From positions 1,178,001-1,242,000 of the forward strand of contig CP075497.1 of the NCBI GenBank assembly GCA_021613535.1: DNA of 64,000 bases, given 5' to 3'. Source of the stretch: Adineta vaga. Lineage: Eukaryota; Animalia; Rotifera. Below are positions 1 through 13,245 of the stretch, piece after piece (position 1 is the first letter of the stretch; each line of letters starts with the position of its first letter). Under the pieces are notes generated by a model. The model searched no databases. It saw only the letters and a list, made by a program, of their open reading frames with translations, and was not told where the DNA came from. Position numbers and translations under genes: made by a program.

Positions 1-3000
1 ATGTTGTCGAAATTGTTCACGTAACATATATTTATATGGTCGATCTTTACGAATATAAAGTTTTTGATGAGATTTTTTTGTTATCAAAATAATTGATGAA
101 ATAAAATTAATTAAAAATGGAAGAAAAAAAATGAAATGTATTTACAATTCGATTATAAATTTGTAAATGAGATGAATATTTCAAAACACACCAGATTCGT
201 TTCTTATCATCATTATCATTTTCTCGTTCTTCAAATAAATTTCGATGAAATGGATCATGAATAGATGTTGAAATAATGAAAATTACAAGAATAATTAAAA
301 CTTTTTTAGCGAATTTTTTACTTGTTTTTTTATTAAAACGAGTTTCTTGACACACTGTTATAGCTCTTTCTAAAGCAACATATGCATTTAACCATTGATC
401 CATATTTAAACAAATTCGTAGAAGAAAATCCAATGAATAACATTGAATTTTGATGAACAATTGATTTGATGGTATTGAAATTCGTGTTGAAAGATAAGTA
501 AAATATTTTAATCCAAAGAAAATCATTGTGAATATTGTTGTTATTGATGAACCAAATAAATAAATTTCACAACCGACTTCACGTAGACTTTTATTCTTAA
601 ATGTAATTAATGAAAGAATTCCATTACTTAATCCTATGATCATAACTAAAAATGTCAATGAAAAACTTATTTTTACAATAGGTGTTTGATGAATAAGACT
701 AACAGCAGGAATAATATGATAAGCTAAAATAGCATCAAGTGATAAAGCAAATTCATTGGTTGTAAATTGACATCGTGTTCCATAATAACATGAATCACAA
801 ATACATATGGATCGTTTTGGACAATCGAGTGAATCTTGAAAACATTGTCCACCATTTTCGCATTCATTTTGTCCAAAACAATCAAATCGCATTTGATGAT
901 TAAAATTGAAACAATTTGCTGAACGTTTATCTTGATGATTATAACATAAACAAAGATAAATATCATCATGAAAACATAAAAGATTCGATGAATAATTTTG
1001 ACAAATTAAATGATAAGATTTTATACGACGAAGAACATGCAATTGAGAAAATGTTTTATTGACTAATGTATTTATGGATGGACAACGTTGAGATGAATTT
1101 ATTCTTTCGATTATTGTCGTAGAATAACGATAAATTGGTTGAAGAATAACTAAATAATAGATTTTATCTAATGTTTCAATAAAAGTTAAATGAAATGGTT
1201 GTAACCAATAAATTCTTATAGAATTTGTTGCTTGAGATATTGGTTGTAAAGTTGTTAATCTTTGTGGATTATTTTCTAGAAGATCAGGCGAAGGATTTAA
1301 ATAAGGAATAATTGTAATAAAATGAATAAAAACTGAATGAGATAAATCAATATTCTTATCAAATATAAGATCAATTCGATTTGCAATTAATTCACATTGA
1401 TTTCCATGAAAATCTTTTGGACAAATACAAAAATATTTTCTATTGGTTGATGACATAAAATCATCATAAGGAAAACATGTACCATTATTTTGACAAGGAA
1501 AACTTTCACATATTCGATTTCGAAGATAACATTGAGAACCAAATTGATTATTTGGACAAATACATATGGATCGATTATTATTTAATTTTCCAATACATAA
1601 CGAATTCGATGAACATTTACAATTATACGGTATATGACATTATTCACCAGATCATCCTTGTTCACATTGACAAAATATTTGTTTGGTATTGAAATAATTT
1701 AGACATTTTCCATGAATAATCATTTTCTAATGGAATATTTATAAGAAATGCTAAACGATGATGAACAGGTAAAAATAAAAATTTGATTGGATAAAAAAAA
1801 CTTCCTCGATAAATTTTTAATGAAAATGTTTCATAAATATCAATATGTATTGAATAAGTTTTATTCATATCTTTTGGTCGATTTAAATAATATAAATGAA
1901 TATTAAATTTGATTTTACAATCTCGTATTGATAAATATGTAAATTGTTCATAAGAATGAATCATTCGTTGATTTGCATTATCAATAAGTAAAATAAAAAT
2001 TATAAATAAAGTTTGTTTTAATTGAACGGATATATGAAATCTTATTGACAAACTTAAACGTTCATTTTGATATTGACATTGATTTCCATAATAACTTGGA
2101 GGACAAAAACATGTATTTGTAGAATTTTTCGATGATTTATTTAACCAAACACGTACATCAAGACCACGATAACAACGATGATTATCTGGAATTGACATTG
2201 GTTCGGAACGATATGAATTTATAATTTCATTCCTATTTTCTTGTTTTGTAAATGATTGCTTCAATCCAGGTATTGTAAAAGTTTTTGTCAATTGAAAAAA
2301 TCGTGTTTTTGAAGAATGACATAGAAACCTTTCAATAGTAGAAGCCAATGATATATAATTATCTCCGCATATACTTCGATACATCGGAATTGTTTGATGT
2401 TTTTGACAAAATTCTTCATCATCTTCATATGGATAATCTTTTACACCATCACATAATAGATTAGATGAAACACATTCTAAAGGATGACTATTTCTACAAT
2501 AAAACATAGGTGTTAGGGTTCTCATAGGTGATCCACATACATTTTTTTCATCAGTACCACCGAGACAATCGACTTGACCATCATTTATTTTCTTCATTGC
2601 TAAACATATAAATTGATTTGTATGAAATTTTACACAAATTTGATAATATGATGAACAATTCAATGATAATGGTGTGAAATCACAACCAAGTTCATCTACT
2701 CCATGTAAACAATCAATTATTCCATCACAACGAGTATATGAATTATCACATTCAGTTTCATCAGTATGATTTGTTCCGTCAATCATTATTGGATATAAGA
2801 CCTTTTTATAATCACAAATTTCTGGAAACATTATTGTTCTTCGAGTAAAATTTCGATATATATCTTCATCTTCACAAAATATTTCTTCATCTACTTCTCC
2901 ACAATCACATTTTCCATTTAAAATATCTATTTGAAGAATATATTTACTATTATAATAACATTTGTAATATTTGTGTTTGAGTTGAGTAAATAGATGCGAA

Positions 3001-4411
3001 TCTTCAAAGATATGATTAACTAAACGATGAAATGAAATACATTTTGATGAATTCTTACATTGATACATATTCGATGTATTACATTTAATTTGAGGAAAAT
3101 TAATGATAGGATGACTATTTCTAATCTTTTGAAAAATTTTATTCACAAATCGTTGAATTCGATGGTCCATGAAACTTATATCGAACTGTGTATGAGATGT
3201 AATTGAAGGAGGATAAACACAGCTTGTATTATTTAATGAAATATCGACAACTTGACGAAGTGATCCATTATTAAAAGATTTATTTGAACATAAATAGAAT
3301 GAAATATCATTTGATAAATTTTTTCTTTCCTATAAACTATATAAACATGACTAAAAAACATTGGAATATTGGGAACGTATAACATATCTGGACATTGGTT
3401 TTTAATAATAGATTGATAATCTTTGTCATTAGTTTGAGGTAAAAAATCAACTTGAAAATAAGATTCAAAAGCTGACCAACAATCATCTAAAACAGATTTA
3501 TCTTTGATAGAAAACATTGATCCTGTTAATATTATATATGGCCGATCATAATCGCAAGCACCTGTCATAAATGTTTTCTGACATCTTGCATCTTCATATC
3601 CAAATATTGGTTCAATTACATAAATATGCTCGTTGCGATCGTTTAATGCTAATTCTTTATCAGATCTATCAAGACAATCAAAATTTTTGATATCATCTTG
3701 AACAAATTCGTTCGGTATACATTGACCAATATTACATTTAAATTCATTTTCTTGACATTCATTTAATTCAAGTTGCCAACAATGTTCTTCATCATAATTT
3801 CCATCAAGACAATCAACTTTTCCATCACAAATTTCAGTCCAATCTAAACATGCTGGTGGATAACCACGCTTATATTTTAAATGAATATAACAACTCAAAT
3901 TCGTTGATACACGTATATAATATTGATAAAATGTATGAATAAATTCAGAAAATGTTGAATATTTCTCTTGATAATAATATAATTCATATTGACACATTGA
4001 TCCAAATATTGGTAATGTACAATTATAAATCATTTGTTTTCCTAATGATGAATCATTGAATTCTAAATATATTTGATATTGTTCAATAATATCGATTGGT
4101 ATTGACCAGATATATAAATCATCACTTGTAATGTTCTGTTTTGACAAATCATTAAAAGAAAAACTTTCAACTGAATTCTCATTTTCAATATGAAAGTTTT
4201 TTGATGATTCACTCATACAAAACGAGGAGATTTGGCGAGTAAAAATTGCTTGTGCCAGTTGTGAAGCAAAGCGAAAACAATTATATCGTAAACCTATTTC
4301 ATCGTATTCATTATTTTCATTGACTTGATCGTTAAAATAAAGATTCATTTGGAATTTAGTCGTAACCCATCGAACAAAAATGAAATACAAGAAATATTTC
4401 ATATGAAACAT
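1..4411 (-). pseudogene. Pseudogene of an LDLa/EGF-repeat 7TM (GPCR-like) receptor; 3' end runs off the window start
   Basis: ORFs 3233-4411, 1662-3170 and 107-1456 are collinear pieces homologous to the intact ORF 15217-19971 (CLDWTEICDGKVDCLD, CPPSYYGNQCQYQNERLSL, LSLDAILAYHI, DQWLNAYVALERA). They are separated by frameshifts. Around 1640-1665 the homologous frame reads FCQCEQG*SGE*CHIP, so there are true nonsense changes as well. Confidence 0.85.
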
Positions 4412-4733
4412 CTCTTTAGTAATGAAGAAACAAAATGAATAGAAAAAAATGTCATTTTAAAATTTAAAAATCAACTTATTTGTTCCGTTTTGAGAGAAAC
4501 AAAGCTTTAGCATTGACGTCAAAATGAATATTTACGAACAGATGTATTGTTTTATTTCCTTTTTCATAAATCAATATCAACAGTCATGAATTCTTTTTTA
4601 TTTTAGACATACTTGCTTTTGAGTTTTTGCAGAAATTTAAACAATTCTATAAAAATTTGAATTTATTTCCATCTATATTCGTCCTTTATCAAAGTTACAT
4701 ATACTATCAATGGTCAAAAACCAACTCTCAAAC

Positions 4734-4786
4734 AATCTTGAGGGTGTGGGTATACATTAAGACACAACAGTAATATGCACACCCAT
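4734..4786 (-). repeat. Telomere-like palindromic junction site A
   Basis: aatcttGAGGGTGTGGGTatacatta...taatatgCACACCCAt. Starts with the reverse complement of CTCAAGATT. Confidence 0.7.
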
Positions 4787-6261
4787 AATATCTATGTTTT
4801 GTAATGTTAGACGAGCAATGTATATCAAACAAACACTAATAGTATCTCTATACATATGATAAGTAAAAGATTGAATTTTGTGTATCATATTTAATCGCAG
4901 TTCCCAACAAAGATATATTCTCAGTATCAAACATACTCGAGAATGAGCTTGTGTGTCGTGATAAAAACAATTCACACATCTTGATGATGATAATGAAAAT
5001 ACATTTCGGTTCTCGTCAGATTCTCTCTATAGTGCAAAAAGAGAAATATATAATTGATGTCATGTCTTCTTTTTTTATTTTGAATTTCCTTATGCATGAT
5101 ATCACATTATCATTTCAAAGAAAATACTTGCTTCATTAAATCTTCTTTTTTCAAATCGGTGATTATCTATATTTTTCCCACTTCATTAGTATCTTCGGTG
5201 CATGAAAAACCAATTCTTGTTTTATATACATACTAGTTATTCATACATCTCATAATCCTAATGTATTAGTAAACATTATTTTCATTCATATACAGTAACC
5301 ATCAATATTCTGCTATGTATGTCTGATAAAAACTAATCTCTCTCACTCTTCCATATACAGTTGTCATCCCGACATCCAATCAGTGTTGACATATACATAT
5401 ATTTATCTTTAGAAATAATAACTTAAGTAATTTTATTTTCTGTTTAGATTGAGGCAAAAAATTGTGTAGGCTTTTAGAATAACATCGAATCACTATATCA
5501 TAAAACAGTATGATTCTGAAAAATAACGCTTCTCTACGATGAATAGCGATGTGCAGAAGAGTTAAGAAGATTTTGTGTCAGGTTGAACTGATTGTTAGAG
5601 GAATTATAACTGGGTCTGTTGGTTTTTTACTAAATCCATTTTGAGAAAAACGTTTTAGATAGTTTTGTTGATTTTTTGTTACGGTCGCTATGATGAACGG
5701 TGTCATTGAGTATGTCGATTACGGTCTATGGAGAAAGTAGGATGCAAATTTCTACCCCTAACACTTCAACAGTTCTTTCAGTTCGTATTTCATAAAACTC
5801 TGACATATTCCTTCATTTTAATCATGCTTAATATACATTGAAATGGAAACGTTTTTATGACAAATACTTTTATGCTTTTACTTTGTACCACCTACATAGC
5901 TTTTATTAGATAATTAGACATGAGCTGTTAAGTGGTATGTAACTCTATACTAAGAATCTTTGACGTCATAAAAAGTCCTATGTATATATATATATAGTTA
6001 ATTTTGTTGTTGTGTAGCTAGTACTTATAATATGCTTAAAAGCATGATTATATTATGAGATAGCTCACGTGCTGGTCGCTTCATATTCATCTGTTTATTG
6101 TTGCATCAATAATTTGAGATAAAAATTAGCATTATTTGTTTTTATTGTAGTTACCGGTAATCAAAAATATTCTCCATTTTATCTCTGAAAGAAATCCAAG
6201 GATTCATCATTTTATCAAAATAAAAATCTGTTACAACATAAAAGCAATATCAAAAAGAAAA

Positions 6262-7194
6262 ATGTCGGTCGTTACTTCATTGGCTTATATACAACAATGT
6301 TTGACACGTTATGGAATAACAACATACCTTATCCTTGGTGATATTGGATTACTTTTAAATATAATTATTTTTAGTCAACTAACTCATCGTCGAAATCCTG
6401 TAGCATGTTATATTTTAGCGATGTCATTTTGTGGTTTCATTGGCTTAAATATATCTGTTATACCTTATATCTATGGGCTGGATCATCTTGATCCTCTCAC
6501 TACTTCTTTACTCTTTTGTCAATTACATCGATATTTACGTCATGTATTTAATCAAATGATGAGAACATTCTTCGTATTGTCTTGTGCAGATCGTTATATT
6601 GTTACAAGTCAACATGTTTATATTCGATCATTCAGTCGATATCAAATAGCAATATGCGTTATTCCATGTGTCATCATTTTCTGGTTTATATTGGGATTCT
6701 TTCCTACCCTTCTTGGCTCATTATTAAATAATACTTGTAATTCAAATACTGGTATATTTGCCGTCGCAATCGCTATTTACATGCCAATTGTTGTCGGAAT
6801 TATTCCACTAGCTTGTATGGTGATGTTTGGTATATTGTTATACAACAATCTGAAGAAGATACAAACACGAGTGCAACCAAATTCGTCAAGCAATCAAACA
6901 TTTCGTAAACGTGATCGAGATATATTGAGAATGCTTCTAATAGAAGCCATATGTCATATAGTTACAACAACACCATTAGCAACCATGTTGATCTATTCGT
7001 CAGTTACTCGAACAGCAACAAAAACTAATGAACAACGGCAAATTGAATCATTTATAAATTATCTGACTGGTACATTTATATTGTATATCAGTAATGGTCT
7101 CTCATTTTGGATATATTTATGTTCATCAAAATCTTTTCGCATAGAATGCAAAACTATAATAATCAGAATGTATAAGTTTATGATGAGTAAATAA
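6262..7194 (+). CDS. Intronless class A (rhodopsin-like) GPCR, 310 aa
   Basis: Seven hydrophobic segments. TM1 GDIGLLLNIIIF, ADRY at the end of TM3, basic ICL3 (FRKRDRDILRML), TM7 NGLSFWIY followed by SKSFR helix 8. Confidence 0.85.
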   Translation: MSVVTSLAYIQQCLTRYGITTYLILGDIGLLLNIIIFSQLTHRRNPVACYILAMSFCGFIGLNISVIPYIYGLDHLDPLTTSLLFCQLHRYLRHVFNQMMRTFFVLSCADRYIVTSQHVYIRSFSRYQIAICVIPCVIIFWFILGFFPTLLGSLLNNTCNSNTGIFAVAIAIYMPIVVGIIPLACMVMFGILLYNNLKKIQTRVQPNSSSNQTFRKRDRDILRMLLIEAICHIVTTTPLATMLIYSSVTRTATKTNEQRQIESFINYLTGTFILYISNGLSFWIYLCSSKSFRIECKTIIIRMYKFMMSK

Positions 7195-7743
7195 AAGCCG
7201 ATAGAAAAAATAAATATATATCAAGACGAATTTCAATTTATTTAATTTTATTTTCTAAAAAACTTTCGTTAATGAAGGTTTTATGACGATTAATCGTGTC
7301 ACTTGATTTGTTATGATAGGAAAAAAGGTAAAAAAAAGTTTCCCATAACCATAACAAAATATGTAAGATGAGTAATACAGTCTGAGTGCTTTTTTGATCG
7401 ACATATTGTTTTCATTGATTTCAATTCAATAACAAGAATATAATTGCATATATTTATATATGATATTTCGATGTAAAAACACTCAGGTAGAAATGCATAC
7501 ATCAGAATCCATCACACGGCTGCTAAATCCATTAGAATAACGGATGAAGGAAAAGTTTTTCATTTATTTTCTTTCTTCTATAACTTTGCAAATGACTATG
7601 ACAACGATTTGTACTTTGTTTTTGATAGACAAGAACAAAATCTCTTGCGCAAGAGTATAGAAGAGTAATTGATTGTGAACGTGTTTTTGAGGATGAGTTT
7701 GAACAAATAACAGCCACTATCCGGATTTCGATTCTCGAAAATA

Positions 7744-7807
7744 TGGGTGTGGATGGAGGTATTCTTTTTCACTCATGTCCACTCTAGTTTTCCACATCCA
7801 GACGCCC
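7744..7807. repeat. Telomere-like palindromic junction site B (diverged)
   Basis: TGGGTGTGGATGGAggtatt...TCCACATCCAgacgCCC, with imperfect inverted arms. Confidence 0.55.
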
Positions 7808-7867
7808 GGCAACGCGTTTGCTCGGTTACGTAAATCAAACATATTCATTTTATACATGCGTTTTCAT

Positions 7868-8000
7868 TAGAGTCCGGCAGGGTCGGTTTTTTTTGTCTCG
7901 ATCCCGACTGAACTCAGCTCGATTAAGACCCGGTTCCGTCCCGATTTCTCCAAAATACTTTTTCGGGATCCTGATCCCGGTCCCGTTTCATCCCGAATTT
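7868..8000 (+). mobile_element. Truncated hAT-type MITE end
   Basis: Begins tagagtccggcagggtcgg, similar to the terminus cagagaccggcgggac of the element at 23033. Carries TCCCG subterminal repeats; no partner end found. Confidence 0.45.
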
Positions 8001-8466
8001 TCTGTATCACACATGAATAATTTTTAGAACTGCATGTAAAATGAGACATCACTCCATAGTATTTCATTCCGCAGTATTATATATGTTGACGAAAGAGTAA
8101 CGTCGAAGTGTATATACTAATAATCTGAATTTCATCAGTGAAATCCTATTTCGAAGTAATCGATGACGTGGCGCAGATTGCTATTGGAAGCAAATAAAAT
8201 GTTTCAATACTTTAAAATTGAAACGAGAAAAAACATCGAAGACAAGATTAATAAGGACAAATCAATATATGTTGATCTAAAACGCATGTCAATCAATTGA
8301 TTTTATCGAAATACTAATAATTACAATATGTCAGACAGTTTATTAGAAAAAAACCCTACTATATTGAATATTATTGAAAAAATAATGAATCATGATTTAC
8401 AAAGCAAAATGAATCTACTTGATTGAGTTTAACGGACACCACATACATATATAAAATTAAGCCGCG

Positions 8467-10164
8467 ATGACTCGGAAATATTGTTGCAGTTGTATTCGAC
8501 GATTTCGCAAGAAAATATGTCCACGCGCCGTAAAAGTGATTTCCGGTCTTCTACTTCCTCTTCTTCTAGCTGTCTTCACTGTAGTGATCACTTTCGAACA
8601 AAAAAAAGAATCAGATTATCAACGTTTCGAAGATCGTGACTTAGCTCGAATACAACGGGAACAAGATTTAAATGTATCTCGGGAGCAACGGACACTTGAG
8701 CGAACATTAGCTGATGAAAAGCGAACGTTAGAAATTGATTTATCCGAACGAGTTAGAAATTCAAATATCGAACAAAGAAGGCATGAAGTACATGTTCAAG
8801 AAGAAAATCGACGAGATGCTGAACTTACAAGATATATGACTGAAATGGGTCAACTTATAAAAGAAAATAATGGATCGCTGACAAATGATTTGATGATTCA
8901 TGCTCTTGCTAGAGCAAAGACGCTTCATACCATTCGACAAATTGGACCGTCTCGTTGTGTTCAACTGATTCATTTCTTATACGACGCTAAGCAACTGACA
9001 AACACTGGTCATTCACTTGACCTCTCGGGTGCGTTATTTAATGGAATCGATCTTAGTGGCGATCAATCACTAATGACTAATCTGGTTCTTTCTAGCGTGT
9101 ACCTTAGCAACGCGTCATTTGCTAATCTAAAGATGCAGTCATGGAATTTGAGTGGAACTCATCTTCATGGCGCTAATTTTTCTGAATCCGATCTCATCGA
9201 TGTAATTTTTTCCAAGGCAGTGTTAACGAAAAGTGACTTCTCAAATGCTCGAATATCAGGTTTTGCGAGCTTTAGTGATGCCGATCTAACAGAATCATCA
9301 TTTTATCGTGCCTCAATTCTAGGTAATCACTTCTTTGATACCAATCTACGTCAAGTGAACTTCACTGAAATAAAACTCGACGGAATTTTAAGTGACTCAA
9401 ACCTTGTTAATTCATCATTTCATCTAGCCAAGATACGTATGTCTTCATTTCTCTACTGCAATATGACTGGAACTGATTTGACAGATGCCATTGTTTCTGA
9501 TACTGATTTCGAAGGAAGTATACTAGTATATGCAACTTTAGTTCGAGCTCATTTACAAAGAGTCAGTTTTCTCTACTCAAACTTATCGTATGCAAATTTT
9601 CATAATGCCGATAAAATCAGCAAATCTCAATTAAACAGAGCTATTTCTCTTCATGCGATGATTTATCCTGATGGAACTAGGAATTTTAATATTTCGGATA
9701 TCCAGTTAAATATTGATGTTCGCTGCAGCATGATCGTTCTCGACGAATGGAAAGTGGATTTCGGCAAGGTTAGTGTTCAACCGTTTTTTGATGTTGAATA
9801 TGGTCCAGAAAATTGTGTGATCGCTCCAACAAACATATCACTAAACAGCTCCATCAGTCAGAGCTTTAGTTTGGGGAAATATTTTTCCAAACTCATAGAG
9901 AATGAGAAAGCAGTTCTTGTAGTCGGTCCAGCACGCATAGGATCTCAAACGCATGTTGTTGTTCGTCAGAGAAGATGGATTACGAACAATAATTTCGAAG
10001 AGTTAGATAAGCACGATTTCGAAGAAAGTGAACTTCCATATCGTATCTTCCTTGATTCGCAGATGGAAAAAATCCATATCGAAATTACGTTCTTCAAGTG
10101 TAATATTGGATGCTGGTTCCATAATATTCAATTTGGAATCACCGCTCTCATAGAAACTCCGTAA
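8467..10164 (+). CDS. Membrane-anchored pentapeptide-repeat protein, 565 aa, intronless
   Basis: N-terminal TM (ISGLLLPLLLAVFTVVITF), charged coiled-coil, then a long A(D/N)(L/F)xx run (ASFAN, ANFSE, SDFSN, ADLTE, TDLTD, ANFHN) and a C-terminal beta-rich domain. Confidence 0.85.
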   Translation: MTRKYCCSCIRRFRKKICPRAVKVISGLLLPLLLAVFTVVITFEQKKESDYQRFEDRDLARIQREQDLNVSREQRTLERTLADEKRTLEIDLSERVRNSNIEQRRHEVHVQEENRRDAELTRYMTEMGQLIKENNGSLTNDLMIHALARAKTLHTIRQIGPSRCVQLIHFLYDAKQLTNTGHSLDLSGALFNGIDLSGDQSLMTNLVLSSVYLSNASFANLKMQSWNLSGTHLHGANFSESDLIDVIFSKAVLTKSDFSNARISGFASFSDADLTESSFYRASILGNHFFDTNLRQVNFTEIKLDGILSDSNLVNSSFHLAKIRMSSFLYCNMTGTDLTDAIVSDTDFEGSILVYATLVRAHLQRVSFLYSNLSYANFHNADKISKSQLNRAISLHAMIYPDGTRNFNISDIQLNIDVRCSMIVLDEWKVDFGKVSVQPFFDVEYGPENCVIAPTNISLNSSISQSFSLGKYFSKLIENEKAVLVVGPARIGSQTHVVVRQRRWITNNNFEELDKHDFEESELPYRIFLDSQMEKIHIEITFFKCNIGCWFHNIQFGITALIETP

Positions 10165-10176
10165 CAGAATTACATC

Positions 10177-10240
10177 AATATTGATGGTGAGGGCGTGAGT
10201 GTGAAAGAAGTAGTGATATCCTCATCCATCCACACCCTTA
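10177..10240 (-). repeat. Telomere-like palindromic junction site C
   Basis: aatattgaTGGTGAGGGcGTGAGTGTG...cctcatccatCCACACCCtta, beginning just after the stop at 10164. The reverse complement ends CCATCAATATT, close to CCCTCAAGATT. Confidence 0.7.
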
Positions 10241-10942
10241 TAAAAACGTAAACATATAATAGAGACATCTCTCATTGGTGATTTAACTACTTAGTGTGGA
10301 TGAGTATTGACTAAAAAATGAAATTAATATAATTTACTTGTGTGTGTTTGAGAGCTCTTACTTTGATCAGATATATGTGGACATCGATTAGGTGAATTCA
10401 ACTGATTAAGGGAAAATATGAAAATCATCGTAGAGACACAGAATCATATAATGGACGAAATCTTATTGGTCACAGCATTTTGTTGTATTGAAATACATTT
10501 CGTTATGATCAAAATAACTGTTTAACAAGCAATTTAATTGCTCTATGAGATAAATCGTTATTAAACAAAATCTTTCAATAGAATACATTAATAAATGAGC
10601 TTATGAATTATGATAAATAATTAAATCTGAGAACACGTGTCATAATTACATGAATAATAATAATATTTGCAGCTAGCTTTTTTATGCTACTCTATATACT
10701 ATGATTCTAGCTCATGTGCCTCTATACAATGCATTCCATGCTTTGCTTGGATCGTTGAACTTCTTCGGACAATTCCAACAGACATTTCGTAATCTAACTG
10801 CTATAATGTAAAAAAATGCATTTTCTTTTTTCTATGATCAAAACCAAGATATTATCATCTGACAGTCACATCATAGAGAAAATATACCGATTTTTTTATT
10901 AATCTTGTTCGTTCTAATATTTTTTAGAAAATAAAATAAATA

Positions 10943-13082
10943 ATGTTACAAACATCTATTCGATCGAGAGCAAGATATATTTTAGCAATACGTAGTAATA
11001 CAATTTCATCTACTCAAATGAAAACATTTACTTACAAAAGACGTATGCAACGTCTTTTCAATGATGGAATTGATTTAAATCATCAATCCATTGAGATTAA
11101 TTCTATTGAACATATTCGTCGATGTTCACTTCATAAAGATGATGATATCTGGACATTATATAAAACGATGTGTCCTCAAGTTCGAACACTTGGCGATGCT
11201 TTACATGAAGGTTTTAAAGTTTCAAATGATGGACCATGTGTAGGGATTGTTCAAACATTGAATGGAATAAAATCGTTACAATGGCTTTCGTATTCTACAG
11301 TAATCGAACAAAGCCAATCGATTGGTTCATATTTATGGAGAAGAACAAAACTTACACCATCGAAATCTAAAGTAGCTATTCTTTCATCTAATCGACCAGA
11401 ATATTTATTTGTAGAACAAGCATGTTATATGTATGGATTTATTGTTGTTAGTATGTATACTACTTATAATTCTACAGCTATTCAAAAAATTCTTCAACGA
11501 ACTGAAGCTGAAGTACTTATAATCGATAATTTAGATCGTATTAAATCGATTAAAAAAGAATTATTAGATAATAATCAGATCAAAGAAATACTTGTTATGG
11601 ATGAGATAGGCAATGAGGAAACGAATAAAATTCGTTCGATATCATCAATATTGAAAACGACGGATATATGTGAAAGACCAAGAATTGATCCAGATGAGAT
11701 TGCAACATTTATTTTAACAAGTGGAACAACAGGTTGACATTTTTCGAAATATATCCTTATCGTTTTCTTTGCTTTCCGATGTTAGGAGAACCAAAAATTG
11801 CCATGTTATCACATGAAAATCTCCTAGCAGCAACAAAAGGTAATCTTGTTCGCTTATATCAAGCTCATATTAAAAAACCCATTACGAATCGACATTGTTC
11901 ATTTTTACCTATGGCACATATATTTGAAAGATTTGTTATTCTACAAATTTTACTCAAAGGTACAGAAGTGGTATTCTGTCCATCACCTGATAAACTTGTC
12001 GAATATCTATCGATAGTAAAACCGACTCAAGCATCTGTTGTTCCTCGTGTTCTTAATAAAGTCTATGATATAATAATGGCTGATGTTAATCGAAGTAAAA
12101 TAAAACAATATTTTCTTCAACAAGCTCTTCGTGAACAATTACCGTTTTTATCACGTGTTATTTTTCGAAAAGTAAAAAATTTATTTGGTGGTGAACTCAA
12201 AGCGATGATTACTGGTTCAGCACCAATTAAAGCAGATGTGATGCATTTTTTTCGTATTGCACTCGATATAACTATCATAGAAGGATATGGACAAACGGAA
12301 TCATGTGCTGCTGGTTCTACCACACATCCTATTGACATGTCATATGGAACTGTTGGTTCTCCTGGACCTAATGTTGAAATCAAATTGATTGATGTACCTG
12401 ATACACACTATCGAAGTGAAATGAATCAAGGAGAAGTTTGTATTCGAGGACCAACTATTTTCAAAGGTAAAGTGTGGATAAAAATCCATATGATATCTTT
12501 AAATATTTTGTTTTTGTAGGTTACTATGGCGATGAAGAAAAGACACGTGAAACAGTTGATAAAGATGGTTGGTTACATACAGGTGATGTTGGAGAATGGA
12601 CAAGTCATGGGGCATTACGAATAATAGATCGATCAAAACATATATTTAAGTTAAGTCAAGGAAAATACATTGCACCAGAACGTCTTGAGGATGTCTATGT
12701 TCGTTCACAATGGATTGCACAAATCTTTATTGATAGTATTTCAAGTGAAACAACCGTTGTTGCTATTGTCATACCTGATGAAGAATATATACGAAAGAAT
12801 TTCAAATCAAAAATTGATTCCAACGTTTCATCTACTGATCTATGTAAAGATAAACAATTAAAAGAAATTATTTTATCTGATATAGTTCGATTGGCTAAGG
12901 AACAGAAACTGGAATATTATGAAATACCAAGTAATATTCATCTTCATTATGAACCGTTTACACAACAAAATGATCTGTTGACAATTACATTTAAAATACG
13001 ACGAATGAATGCGCGAAAACGATTTCAGTCAGTAATTAAATCATTGTATGAAACAACTCCAAATAAAATTTCACACAAATGA
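10943..13082 (+). CDS. ACSL: Long-chain fatty acid-CoA ligase (ACSL family), 3 exons; introns 11733-11785 and 12467-12519
   Basis: Splicing two 53-nt GT-AG introns restores TSGTTG|EPK and IFKG|YY. Also FLPMAHIFER, EGYGQTE, GWLHTGDVG and IIDRSKHIFKLSQGKYIAPE. Confidence 0.93.
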
Positions 13083-13187
13083 TTTGTTCGTGATGAATAA
13101 AATTTCAATAATTATCTTTTTTTGTAATTTCTTCAACTTGTTTTTTTTAATATTAATTCGTTAGGAAAAAAAATAACAAAATCATGA

Positions 13188-13245
13188 TTATAGGACGTGG
13201 ATGTAGATAGGAGGTATAGAATTCTCTCGAGTTCGACTACCGTCC
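13188..13245. repeat. Possible degenerate junction site between ACSL and the LDLa-7TM gene
   Basis: ttataGGACGTGGATGTAGataggaggtata...CTACCGTCC. The left arm resembles the reverse complement of site C (ttataagggtgtggatggatgaggatat) and site B. Confidence 0.35.
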
